Origin: Heptranchias perlo
Taxonomy: Eukaryota
NCBI RefSeq assembly: GCF_035084215.1
Contig: NC_090331.1
Location: 63,798,001 to 63,862,000, forward strand
Direction of reading: 5' to 3'
Length of the DNA stretch: 64,000 nt
The notes under the pieces were generated by a model. The model made no database searches and was not told the origin of the DNA. It was given only the letters and a program-made list of their open reading frames with translations. Positions 38,901-51,129 of this stretch are shown in pieces. The position numbers and the translations under genes are program-made. The first letter of the stretch is position 1. Each line of letters opens with the position of its first letter.

Positions 38901-40055
38901 AGCCAGCTACTAAGATTTGTGCAAGAGCAGCTGGGGTGACCAGTCCAATCTCCTTTCCACATGAAGGTAGTTAGCTTCTGCTCAACACATTTTCCTGAAA
39001 GCATGCAAGAGATTGAGAAATTACCATGAGTTGTAAATGTATGAGCACTGACATATTTACCCCACCACTGTCACTAAATCAAATACATCAGTGGTACAGA
39101 AGAGCTGAGAAACCTTTGGTATCAACCAAACTGTAAAATATCATTGGTCAAAACAACCATAACTTCACACCTCAAACCACATAAGTTTTTCTGAAATACT
39201 ATTTCATAATAATTCCCTCCTCCAACATGAAATACATAGGAAGCACACTGTCCAATGCAATACCACATTGATACAACTGTTTACACTTAGTGTCAGGTGA
39301 CACTCATTATATGGAACAGAAGCATGTATCCTGCTGTATATTCCCAAGCAATTAAGTTTCACCAATCAGACCTACAATATAATTGTTTGATAAAAATTAA
39401 GCTATTAACCAAACTAGTATAATCCATACAAATGGATTACATTAGCTCAAAATAAATTTAGCATTTAGTTTGATTCTCCACAAAAATCTTGTCCTGTACC
39501 ATGATTTGCTTAATCTTTAATGAAAAAAATAACAACAGTATGCTTTTAATCAAGAGTTCCGATGACAAAAATAATCTTCTTATAAAACTCAAAAATTGCC
39601 ACCCATCTAGTAATGATGGCAGTGCCTCATTCTTCTGTACCTCAGTAAATAAACAATAAGCTATTCACTCCTCAAGTGTCCGAAGTTGCTGTAATTCCGT
39701 GCAACTCCTCTCTCTAATACACTTGTGCCAGCTTTGTAAAGCTGTGTACAACAATTTCTTCAGTACAATAAAGCTTCCAATTTCAGAACTGGGCCCGCCC
39801 AGTTTCTTGTAAGAAGCTTTTACAGTATTAAGTATTTATGCCTGCTCCAATGACCAGATTTCATTTGTTTTTTCTCCTTTTACAAAACCAACATACAAAT
39901 CCTTTTTTGAAATGGATACAAACAATGAAAATGGCATTAAGACATACAGAGACTGCTCAGTACACCCTAGTAACAGTTAACAGTACAGATTACCAGTTTT
40001 AAATCTTCCCAGTAAATGTAACAAGCTAGTTAGAACATGGGTGATGAATTCCAAA

Positions 40056-40191
40056 TTAGTATTTATTGATTCCAAGGATCCGAACTCCATGTAGTTGAGG
40101 CAGCTTAGGAATCAACACAGTCAAAAGAGATGCTGTATTGACAATAAAATGTGTTGGGTCATACTTAGTGTAAAAACTGGCCAAGAAATAC
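40056..40191 (-). CDS. ORMDL1: ORMDL1 last coding exon
   Basis: [15 protein letters not shown]...[20 protein letters not shown]; total CDS 462 nt = 153 aa + stop. Confidence 0.96.
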
Positions 40192-40305
40192 CTGCAAGAA
40201 ATAAAATTATATTTAGAAAACTCAAATGATAAGCAGCACAATATTTCCTTACAAAACTACACAGTTTAACAAAGCTCCGTAACTATTAATACCAATGTAA
40301 TTCTT

Positions 40306-40521
40306 GTAAACAATTTTACAACACCAAGTTATAGTCCAGCAATTTTATTTTAAATTCACAAGCTTTCGGAGGCTACCTCCTTCGTCAGGTGAACGATGTC
40401 ACCTGACGAAGGAGGTAGCCTCCGAAAGCTTGTGAATTTAAAATAAAATTGCTGGACTATAACTTGGTGTTGTAAAATTGTTTACAATTGTCAACCCCAG
40501 TCCATCACCGGCATCTCCACA
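40306..40521. mobile_element. Miniature fold-back copy of the same Penelope-like family; 13-bp TSD
   Basis: Perfect 89-bp inverted repeat 40304-40392 / 40399-40487, 6-nt loop; CAATGTAATTCTT at 40293-40305 and 40522-40534. Confidence 0.9.
40399..40436 (+). ncRNA. Minimal type I hammerhead ribozyme motif (mirror copy on - strand at about 40355-40393)
   Basis: TCAC-CTGACGA-A-GGAGG(TAG)CCTCC-GAAA-GCTT-GTGA: stem I, CUGANGA box, stem II, GAAA box, palindromic stem-III remnant. Confidence 0.75.
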
Positions 40522-40959
40522 CAATGTAATTCTTACTCATGGGATTCTGTATATCCGTAAAGGAAACGTTTTCAAAACAAACACCTTTTACAAGCATGTT
40601 AAATTCACTCATTTTTTCCATAATTTATTTCCATTTTTTATTACCATTGTTTCTGCAGCAGGATATACAGATTTTACAAGAATTCAAATAATTAAAAATG
40701 TTCTCTGTATCTTTAAATAAACCCACCAGCTACGAATTTATATAGATTGAAGATGGACAGGTGGCCTGCTCCCAGATCTTCACCCATCAGAAATGGCCAC
40801 TTCGTGTGGTGAAGTGCTCCTTTCGCTATTTCATGTTACCCTCACTATGAGAAAGTGCTTGATCTTCTTTCAACACAATCTCAACCAAAATGGGATCTTG
40901 TGAGCCTGCACTATATAACACTGTTACAGCATCCCATTCCATCACAAATTTTGTATTGT

Positions 40960-41500
40960 GTCAAATTTGGCGAGCTGTTCAACTGTGAGCTGAGTTTCCG
41001 AGACACAATCATCCTCTCAATCACAAAGACCGTTTACTTCCATCTCCACAACACTGCTCACCTCTGCTGCTACCTCAGCCTCTCCACTGCTGAATCCCTC
41101 ATACATGCCTTCATTAGCTCCAGAATCTACTGTTTCAAATCTCTTTGCTGGCCACACATCCTCCACAAACTCCAACTTGTCCAAACTTCACTGCTCATAT
41201 CCTATCCTGCACTTAGTTCTGGTGATCCATCACCCTTGTCCTAATCAACCTAAATTGGCTCCCCACAACTCAGATTTAAAATCTTCATCCTCGTCTTTAA
41301 TCTTTCCATGGCCTCGCTGGGTCCTACTCTAAAGAATTCCCCCCCCAAAACCTCTGCACCTCCTTTAAAAACCTTCCCAAACTCAACCCTTTCAACCAAT
41401 GTTTTGGACATCCCTCCTAATCTTGTCTTCCATTTTCTTTAGGCCTATCTATGTAGCACCTTGGGATTTTTTTTACATTACAGGCACTATATAAATACAG
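40960..41500 (+). mobile_element. L2-like LINE 3' fragment in an ORMDL1 intron
   Basis: ITKTVYFHLHNTAHL...AESLIHAFISSR...LHKLQLVQ. Confidence 0.65.
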
Positions 41501-42234
41501 TTGTTGATAGTTATGTGCTAAAACACTTTCCTCCGGATAATAAAAAATGTTTTCCTCCCTTTCTCTTCTTCAGAGCGTTCCTACAATACATCATCAGCAG
41601 AGAGAGAGCCCACGTGCTCACTCACTCTGGTGGCCTGTTCACAGACCGCTAACATTACTTTATAGATACCTACTGGTTCATAAAAGCAATGTAGAGAATA
41701 GTCTTTCTCATGGTACTTTATATTTCCCTCTATCTAAACAGAAAGCAGCCACTGGCACAGCTTTGATTGAAACCTGCATCCCAAGTGCTATCAGTGCTGT
41801 CCTCACATTTTTTGCTTTGTTGTTTGATGACAAACTTCAAATTTGGCAAGTACTGTTCTGATTGGTTCACTTTACAACAGCTAATTAAAACAATTCTGCT
41901 CTCTCCCGGCAGTATAATGTAACTACACTTAACTCAAGAGGAAAGTATAAAATGTTAGCTCAAGCAAGTTTTAATTCATATTACTCATCATAAAATTAAA
42001 GTTACATTATAATTATATTTTGTCTTATTTTAGTATGACATTTAAAAAACACAACTCATTCAATGCCGAAGACACCTTTTGGTGTTGTCTCCAATGCAGT
42101 GCTCAATTTCAGAACGATGGTGTAGCAGTGCAATGGTTTAAAGCTATCACAAGTCACCATAAACAGCACAGGGTAGTGAATGAGTTATAAGAAAGCTTAT
42201 TTGCATTTACTTAACAAAAGAAGTGGGTTCTTAC

Positions 42235-42386
42235 AGAATAATTGGCGAGATAGTAAGGAATTTTCTGGAAGACGTAAACTGTACGCCATAATCCAATTGT
42301 TCCCAGTGTGTCAGAAGTCTAGCTTTCCCTTGATCAGGTGTTTCGAAGGGTGTGCCTTTGACTGCATGCAAGAACACATACATTCC
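42235..42386 (-). CDS. ORMDL1: ORMDL1 second coding exon (absent from ORF track)
   Basis: [50 protein letters not shown]; 152 nt; TGCAG / GTAAGA. Confidence 0.96.
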
Positions 42387-43122
42387 CTGCAGATGAGAGG
42401 ATGTCAGTTAAATTACAAGTAACATTGCAAAAGGACCACCCCAACCACAAATGGATACCAAAAGTAATGGATTTATGATTCATGGCAGTTTAGCAACAAA
42501 GGAGCACCCAGGAAAATCGAGCATTTCTAAAACTAGGAAAATTGAAAAAGAATTAAGGCTTTACTTCCCACAGTGATCGCGCATTTTCTGTGACATATTT
42601 TGGAGCAAAGATTATATTTTTTAAAAGAGGAATCTTTGAAAGCAAATTTAAGACAGTAAATATACAAGGTAAAGCAGATAAACTCTTGATCACTAGTTTA
42701 AAGCTCTTTCGAAGCTTGAGAAGCAGTCTCAACCCAGTTTTAGTAGACATGGGCTCATCACAAAATAGTATCTAATTCAGCATCAACTGGCATTCTTGGA
42801 AGTCACAAGATGGTTGGTGTGGGAAATGAAAATAGGTCACACTGGTGCAGTAGGGGATGAGGCTAAGGCACAAAGAGGATGCTTTACTCTTCATCTAACC
42901 ACGCTACATCTGGTTTAAATATGCTTAATGCTTACATTTGATACCTGAAATGGAAAGTGTTCCATTCCTCAACAATATCACTTCCCAATGAGCACAATTC
43001 ACCAAAGTAAAACCTGCCGACGTACTGTTTAAACATTCCTCCCTCAACTAAAAACCAGAGTAAATGGTCATTCATCTCATTGCTGTATACAAAATGGCGG
43101 TTGCATTCACCTACATGTGAAA

Positions 43123-44423
43123 ATTGTAAACAATTTTACAACACCGAGTTATAGTCCAACAATTTTATTTGAAAATCACAAGCTTTCGGAGGCTTCCTCC
43201 TTCCTCAGGTGAATGTCAAGAAATCCTCGAACCTTTCGCATTTATAAATCACAGAACAATACCTGATGATTACAGATAATCTTTCCAACTGCCCGTTGCC
43301 AAGGCAATCAAAGTGCTCGGACAGAGAGGTGTTACCTACAGGACCACCGAATATACAAACAACCAAAAAAAAGAGAGCGAGTGAGAGGCAGAAACATTGA
43401 AACATCCGGAAGGAAGAGAAAGACAGCAAATGACCCGTTGTGTTAAAAACAGGTAACTTTTGTTCGCTGGTGGGGTTACGTGTAGCGTGACATGAACCCA
43501 AGATCCCGGTTGAGGCGGTCCTCATGGGTGTGGAACTTGGCTATCAATTTCTGCTTGACGATTTTGCGTTGTCGTGTGTCTCGAAGGCCGCCTTGGAGTC
43601 CGCTTACCCGAAGATCGGTGGCTGAATGTTCTTGACTGCTGAAGTGTTCCCCGACTGGGAGGGAACCCTCCTGTCTGGCGATTGTTGCGGTGTCCGTTCA
43701 TCCGTTGTCGCAGTGTCTGCATGGTCTCGCCAATGTACCATGCTCTGGGGCATCCTTTCCTGCAATGGTACATTGGCGAGACCATGCAGACACTGCGACA
43801 ACGGATGAACGGACACCGCGCAACAATCGCCAGACAGGAGGGTTCCCTCCCAGTCGGGGAACACTTCAGCAGTCAAGGACATTCAGCCACCAACCTTCGG
43901 GTAAGCGGACTCCAAGGCGGCCTTCGAGACACACGACAACGCAAAATCGTCGAGCAGAAATTGATAGCCAAGTTCCGCACCCATGAGGACGGCCTCAACC
44001 GGGATCTTGGGTTCATGTCACGCTACACGTAATCCCACCAGCGAACAAAAGTTATCTGTTTTTAATATAACGGGTCATTTGCTGTCTTTCTCTTCCTTCC
44101 GGATGTTTCAATGTTTCTGCCTCTCTCTCGCTCTTTTTTTTTGGTTGTTTGTATATTCGGTGGTCCTGTAGGTAACACCTCTCTGTCTGAGCACTTTGAT
44201 TGCCTTGGCAACGGGCAGTTGGAAAGATTATCTGTAATCATCAGGTATTGTTCTGTGATTTATAAATGCGAAAGGTTCGAGGATTTCTTGACATTCACCT
44301 GAGGAAGGAGGAAGCCTCCGAAAGCTTGTGATTTTCAAATAAAATTGTTGGACTATAACTTGGTGTTGTAAAATTGTTTACAATTGTCAACCCAAGTCCA
44401 TCACCGGCATCTCCACATCATGG
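43123..44423. mobile_element. Penelope-like retroelement, 5'-truncated, about 1.3 kb fold-back palindrome with GIY-YIG C-terminus and 3' UTR/pLTR on both strands; 12-bp TSD
   Basis: Arms about 43122-43741 and 43765-44385; peptide CRKGCPRAWYIGET...RMNGH...PVGEHF...EQKLI...GLNRD; CTACATGTGAAA at 43111-43122 and 44424-44435. Confidence 0.9.
44294..44331 (+). ncRNA. Minimal hammerhead motif (mirror on - strand at about 43176-43213)
   Basis: TTCAC-CTGAGGA-A-GGAGG(AAG)CCTCC-GAAA-GCTT-GTGA. Confidence 0.72.
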
Positions 44424-45544
44424 CTACATGTGAAACACTCGAACACTTCAGAGATGTGATAATGTGCTATAAATGCATGCAAATTCTGCCTCCCCCCCCC
44501 CCAACCTTTCTTAATCTAGCACTACACATGCTGCAATGCAGTTTCTGTCCAGCAAGGTTAACTTTTAAAATCAGCACCAATCTTTTTCTTTACCACCATC
44601 GAGATGTCCCAACATTGCCACCTAATGCTAACATATATCTCTGGTTGCAATCCTTGCTCGGTAAATCTAGCCAAGAAGGAAAATCTGTGAAGGAGACAAG
44701 TATTTTCCAATTTTAGCACAAGAATTTTAAAAAAGAGAACATTTGGTGGAATTTAAAATCTCCAGCATGTATTATCTCACTACCACAAAATAATAAATTC
44801 ACTTTCACATTAATACATTAACGAATTATTCCAAGTAAATAATTCAATTTCATCCAAAGCAACTGGAAAAATAAAATTGCTGCAACTTCTTTACCTCAAA
44901 AACAGTCTAATAACTATGACAAACACAATTACATTTGGCTAGTCATATTGGATTCCATTGAATGCAACTGCCTAGACTTTCCCTGCCTGTTTATCTTCTT
45001 TATTCTTTTCAAAGGTTTTAAAACAAAATTCTGCTTCCTGAGTACAAGACTAATGGCAAAAACTAAATAAGTTCAAACAGTTTTGTAAAAACTTGCATAA
45101 AATTAGTGAATATCATTTTTGTGACCTAGTTTATCAAATTACTTTCACCTAGTTAGAAAGTAGCAACCTGACATTTAGCGCAAGGCTCAAAGCAAATTAT
45201 GTGCATAGCAAGTTGCCAAAAGCTGTCCTACAATGCAATTTTTAAGTTTTCAATCCCTGATGCACAGTATTGCTTGAAAGTGGTTGTGATCTTGAAAAAA
45301 AACCTCTAAGAATCCGAACAGTTTTCTAATCAAACCAAGAAAAGTTAATAGCAAATGCTGGAAATTGACAATACACAGGTCTGTCAGTATCTGAGAAAAG
45401 AAAATCTAGCTCAATGGTTCAGGCTGAGACCCTTTGTCAAAGCTATTTTGTGAATACAATAATTTCTATGAATTTTTTTTTCACAAAGCATCATGGCACA
45501 TATAAAACTGCAAACAGCAACAGTACAGATAGTCAGGTACTCAC

Positions 45545-45718
45545 CAAGTTGTGGATTACATTTGTTAAAGTCCACACAACAGGAACGGTGAAGAAGGGGA
45601 TGCTCAAAAGCACTATATGAAGCATCCCAACACCAAGCGCATATGTCAGCCATATCCCACGGCTGTTCATTACTCTTGTGTTGGGATTCACTTCACTGTG
45701 TGCAACACCAACATTCAT
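45545..45718 (-). CDS. ORMDL1: ORMDL1 first coding exon (serine palmitoyltransferase regulator)
   Basis: [26 protein letters not shown]...IHNL, 174 nt; acceptor 8 nt upstream of ATG; donor GTGAGT; paralogue assigned by linkage to OSGEPL1 and PMS1. Confidence 0.95.
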
Positions 45719-45989
45719 CTTTTTACCTGCAAGGACAAAAAAAAGGTTTACACACCTACTTTCTTGGCGTCAAGTATTTATTTTCAGTGAGTCAGATAAA
45801 AAATAACAATGGGTGTTGAAGCTTTTGCTATCTGCTAGACAATGGTTAGAAAGGTGCGTGCTTTTCGTGGTGCATCTAATTCAATTGCTAGGATTTTCCT
45901 TAACTTCTAATTAAAATAGTCCTTTTTCAATCTACGTCCATTTATGAATGCATGTAGAATAAGTGTGGCATAGAAATATAATTAATCAT

Positions 45990-47775
45990 AAATCTCTTCA
46001 GCAATATTTTATAAACATAAATAGTAAAAGGATAGTCAAAAGAAAGGTGAAGCCAATTAGGGACAAAAAAGATCTTCTTGTGGAGGCAGAGAGTATGACT
46101 GACGTACTAAATGAATACATCACATCAGTCTTCACTAAAGAAGAGGATGCTGCCAATGTAGCAGTAAAGGAGGAGGTAGTAGCGAAATTGGATAGGATAT
46201 AAATAGATAAAGAGGAGGTACTTAAAAGGTTGGCAGTACTCAACGTAGAAAAGTCATCTGGTCCAGATGGGATGCATCCTAGGTTACTGAGGGAAGTAAG
46301 GGTAGAATTTGCAGAGGCTCTGGCCACAATCTACCAATCCTCCTTAGATATGGGGACAGTACCAGAGGACTGGAGGATTGCAAGTGTCACATCCCTGTTC
46401 AAAAAAGGGGAAGCGGGATAAACCCGACAATTACAGGGAAGTCAGCCTAATGTTAGTGGTGGGAAAACTTTTAGAGACAATAATCTGGGACAAAATTAAT
46501 TGGCACTTGGAAAAGTATGGGGTAATAAATGAAAGTCAGCATGGATTTGTTAAAGGACAATTGTGTTTGACTAACTTGATTGTGTTATTTGATGAAGTAA
46601 TGGAGAGGGCTGCTGAGGGTAATGCAGTTGATGTTGTGTATATGGAATTTCAAAAGGCATTTGATAAAGTATCACATAATAGACTTGTAAGCAAAATTAA
46701 AACCCATGGGATAAAGGGACAGTGGTAGCATGGATAAAAAATTGGCTAAGGGACAGAAAGCAGAGGTGAACAGTTGTTTTTCAGACTGGAGGGGAGTATA
46801 CAGTGGTGTTCCCCAAGGGTCGGTATTAGGGCCACTGCTCTTTTTGATATATATTAAATGACCTGGACTTGGGTATACAAGATATAACTTCAAAGTTTGC
46901 AGATGACACAAAACTGAGAAATGCGGTAAACAATGAGGATAGTAACAGATTTCAGGAAGACAGACTGGTGAAATGGGCAGACACATGGCAGGTGGAATTT
47001 AACACAAGTGAAGTGATACATTTTGATATGAAGAATGAGAAGAGGGACTATAAACTAAATGGTACAATTTTAAAAGGTGTGCAGGAAGAGAGGTGGGGGT
47101 GTATGTATACAAGTCTTTGAAGGTTGCAGAACAAGTTGAGAAGGCTGTTGAAAAAGCATATGGGATCCTGGGCTTTATTAATAGGCATAGAGTACAAAAG
47201 CATGGAAATTATGCCAAACTTTTTTAAAAGACTGGTTTGGCTTCAGCAGGAGTATTGTGTTCAATTCTCAGCACCACACTTTCAGAAGGATGTCAATGCG
47301 TTAGAGAGGGTGCAGAAGAGATTTATTAGAATGGTATCAGGGATGAAGGACTTCAGTTATATGGATAGACTGGAGAAGTTGGGGTTGTTCTCCTTAGAGC
47401 AGAGGAGGTTGAGAGGCGATTTGATAGAGATGTTCAAAATCATTAACAGTTTTGATAGAGTAAATAAGGCAAAACTATTTCCAGTGGCAGGCAGAGGACA
47501 CAGATTTAAGGTGATTGGCAAAAGAATCAGAGGTGACATGAGGAAGCACTTTTTTACGCAGCGAGTTGTTATGATCCGTAATGCACTGCCTGAAAGGGTG
47601 GTGGAGGCAGATTCAATAGTAACTTTCAAAGGTGAATTAGATAAATACTTGAAGGGAAAAAGTTACAGGGCTATGGGGAAAGAGCAGGGGAGTGGGACTA
47701 ATGGCATAGCTCTACCAAAGAGCTGGCACAGGTACAATGGGCCGAATGTCCTCCTTCTGTGCTGTATCATACGTT
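45990..47775 (+). mobile_element. CR1 LINE, 5'-truncated, decayed
   Basis: GPDGMHPRLL, QHGFVKG, KFADDTKL, LERVQKRF, RGHRFK and 3' UTR. Confidence 0.9.
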
Positions 47776-48019
47776 AATGATGTTTTAATATAATTAGAAG
47801 CTAACCATCTCATATATAGCACTGTAATGCACATTGCTACATCAAGGTGTGTGTTTTATATAAGCCCATTGCTTACCTAATTGGGTGACCAACATCCTGT
47901 CAATGTGAATTTTGAAATTTGCTACCTGATGCAGTAGAGAACCACAGAGGTTTTATGGCTTCATCTTCCTGAGCTCGCACTTTCAGGGAATTATGTACTT
48001 GGAAATCCTACATCTCAAT

Positions 48020-49560
48020 GTTCATCCACACTCTTCAGCCTCTTTCCATTAAGTGTATACTCCCATTTGTTTTTCTTCCAAAATGTATTACCTCACACTT
48101 ATCAAAATTAAATTGCACATGTCTGCCCATTCCACTAACTTGTCTATGTCTTCCTGAGACCTTTTACCGCCTTGTTTGCCAAACCCCCTATTTTTGTCAT
48201 CAGCAAGTTTCAAGGTTGTACTCCCTGTCCCCAAGTCCAAATCATCCATACATACCAAGAACATAAGTGGACAAGCACTGACCCCTCAGGTACACCACTT
48301 CTAACCCTCTCCAATCCAAGCAACACCCATTTACACTAACTCTGCTTCCTGATTGTCAAGCAACATTCTATCCATGCGGTTACATTTCCTCTTATACCAT
48401 CTGTATGAATTTTTCTAACAAGCCTCTTATGAGACACCTTATCGAATACCTTCTGAAGATCCATATATACGACATGTACTGCATTACCTTTCTCTATCCA
48501 ATTGGTCACTTCAAAAAAACACCTAAATTTCTCAAACAGGACTTGCCGTAAACAAATCCAAGCTAACAAATCCAAGTAACACTCGTGTTACTAAAGCTCA
48601 ATAATTAGAATCTATAAATCAAGATAAAGAGAGTTTGCCAACATTAGATTAACTGGTCTCTAGTTATCAGTTTTATCTTTCTCTCACTTCTTGAACAAAG
48701 GAGTTACAATAGTTACCCTCCAGTGCCACAGCACAAGCTGCTTATTTAAGGAGGATTGAAAAATTGTGGCCAGAGCCTCTAATGCCTCCTCTGTGTATGT
48801 TTTCAGCAGCGTAGAGAATGTAATCAATCAGGGCCAGTGATTTATCCATCTGAAGTTCTGCTATTTTTTATTAACACCAATTTCTTTTCTACAGTGATCT
48901 CTAGCAATTGTTTCATATCCTCTCTAGTACATCTACATTCTCAATTTGACCATCATTTAAAAAACCAATGTAAAATATTTAATATCCCTGTCATATCTGT
49001 AATAAGGCCCACAATTGGGCTTCCTCCACACCTGAGCAGCCCTAACCTCCAAATATTTTTTAAAAACTTTTGTATGCTTATAACAGCCCTTACTGTTTGC
49101 TTGTCATCTGCTAGCCTTTTATTAGGCCGTCTATTTTTTTTAACCTCCCCACTACACTTTCTATATCTCTCACAATCTTCTTTAGTATTAGCCCTAACTT
49201 TATCAAATTCCTCAGTCTAGTTTTAACTTATAGAACTCTATCCTTTGGTGCATTCCCTTTTTGCCTTATAGAAATACATTTATTTTGTACTCTGACCATC
49301 TCATATTTGAAGATTTCCCACTGTTATTCAGTTGACCTGTTTGCTAACTTATTTATGCAATTAATTTGGACCTGAACTTTGCCCTTTATCAGTGCAACAA
49401 CTTTACAACTGACTGACTTCCTTTTTAAAAAATTTACATCGAACCTAATTATGTTGTTGTCACTATTTCCAATTGCTCTCATCAGCTACTTGCCCCACTT
49501 CATTTCCCAGAATCAAGCAATGCTCCTCAGTTGGGCTAGTGACATAATCCAAGCAACAGT
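48020..49560 (-). mobile_element. Older CR1 fragment
   Basis: VYMDLQKVFDKVSHKRL on the - strand. Confidence 0.7.
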
Positions 49561-49778
49561 CCTGGATGTATTCTACCGTGTTCCACATTTTGACCACATA
49601 CATAGAATTGTACAGCACAGAAACAGGCCAGTCGCCCAACAGGTCTACACCGGTGTTTATGCTCCACAAGCCTCCACCCACCTTATCAATATACCCTTCT
49701 ATTCCTTTATTATTCACATGTATCATCTCTATTCCATTCTACCATGGGATAGTTAAAATCACCTGACATTATTGCACT

Positions 49779-50140
49779 GTTGTGGCTCAGTGGTAGAACT
49801 TTCACTTCTGAGTCAGAAGGTTGTGGGTTCAAGTTCCACACCAGAGACTGAAGCACGCAATCTCGGTTGTCACCTCAGTGCAGTACCGAGGGAGTCCTCC
49901 ACTTTCAGAGAAGCACTATTCAAAAGGAGTTCTCCCCAGTGTCCTGGACAATATTTATCCCTCAAACAACTTCACTAAAAACAGATTATCTGGTCATTAT
50001 CTCATTGTTTGCACAAATTGGCTGCTATGTTTCCCTACATTTCAACAGTGACTACACTTCAAAAGAACTTCATTGACAGTAAAGCACTTTGGGATGTCCT
50101 GGAGTTGTGGAAGGCACTATACAAATGCAAGTTCTTTCTT
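49779..50140 (+). mobile_element. tRNA-headed SINE with Deu-domain-like core (SacSINE1/AmnSINE1-like)
   Basis: A box TGGCTCAGTGG, B box GGTTCAAGTTC; CAAATTGGCTGC..CAACAGTGACTACACTTCAAAAG..GGCACTATACAAATGCAAG. Confidence 0.75.
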
Positions 50141-51129
50141 TCTATGCAGATCTCCCCCTCTCTCGCTCATCTTCAATGTTTGGTAGCCTGTAATGCAGAT
50201 CAAGAATTGTACCATTTCTCTTCCTCTTTTTAACTCTATCCACATGGATTCTATTTTAACACAACCCACAGGATATTCTTATGTTGTAGCACTTTACTAA
50301 TACTACCTGCCATCCAATCCCCTTTTTCACTCCCCATCTCCCCTGAAAAGGTTATTAGGAATATTTAGTTCAAGTCCTGTCCAAACTAAATCTACAGCTC
50401 AGTTATAGCTACTGTTCCTCCAGTTATTAATGCTTCTAGCTCTCCGATTTGACGTTGAATGCTATGCATTTATATACATAACTCAATCCTGATACCAATG
50501 TGCCACTTTAAAAAAACCTGCACACCGTGCGTTCATTGCTAAACGTCCTTTATATTTCAAACTCTGACCAATGGAGTTTTAACAGCCCTATTTACTATTT
50601 CACGTAAATCCAAAAGTTGTGTTATCGGATTTAACTAGAATAGGAAAAAAAATACCCGAGGCAAAAAGGTACCAATTAACAATTCAATTTAAGATTTTTT
50701 TTAAAAAAGTGACTCCTGGCAGACAAACGTTTGCAAAATGAAGAACAAAAGGCCAGTTGCACTGATTGTGTCTGCACTTTTATTCCATTTAAACGCACAG
50801 GAAACTCCCTTAATTCTGACCTTTGTTCGATGTGTGTTGTCGCCCTGTCAACTTGCTGCATTCCTCTCTTTACAATACAGTATCGAAAGTACAACAAATG
50901 CATTTCACCATACGGTCTACTCTAATCGAAAATCCCGACAACATTTGCGATGCAGTGAACTGTCACATCCCCTAATGTCTCAAACCTACAGCAAAACTGT
51001 CGGACAAATATCCAACCAAACGGTTAAAGAAACATTAAGCAAACTGCAATATTAATCTTACTAAAAACAGTGTTGAAAGAGGGGGGAGGGAGGGGGGGGG
51101 GGGGAGGGTGTGTGTTTTTTTTTTGCAGC

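Noticed and set aside
40304-40487. Short palindromes as MITEs or pre-miRNAs
   Set aside because: Sequence is the 3' end of the GIY-YIG-bearing element, and the TSD lies outside an unpaired tail rather than directly against TIRs.
43682-44032. 116-aa ORF as a stand-alone nuclease gene
   Set aside because: Its N-terminal part is the antisense arm and spacer; only the portion from WYIGET is real element protein, and the GIY half and RT are missing.
40304-44385. Palindromes as assembly or chimeric-read artefacts
   Set aside because: Each has its own TSD and a shared asymmetric tail, and copies 2 and 3 have arm mismatches; artefactual fold-backs would not create TSDs. Read-level confirmation is still advisable.
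49779-49850. tRNA gene
   Set aside because: A and B boxes run into a SINE body repeated at 19332, 61036 and 63105; no convincing cloverleaf or terminator.
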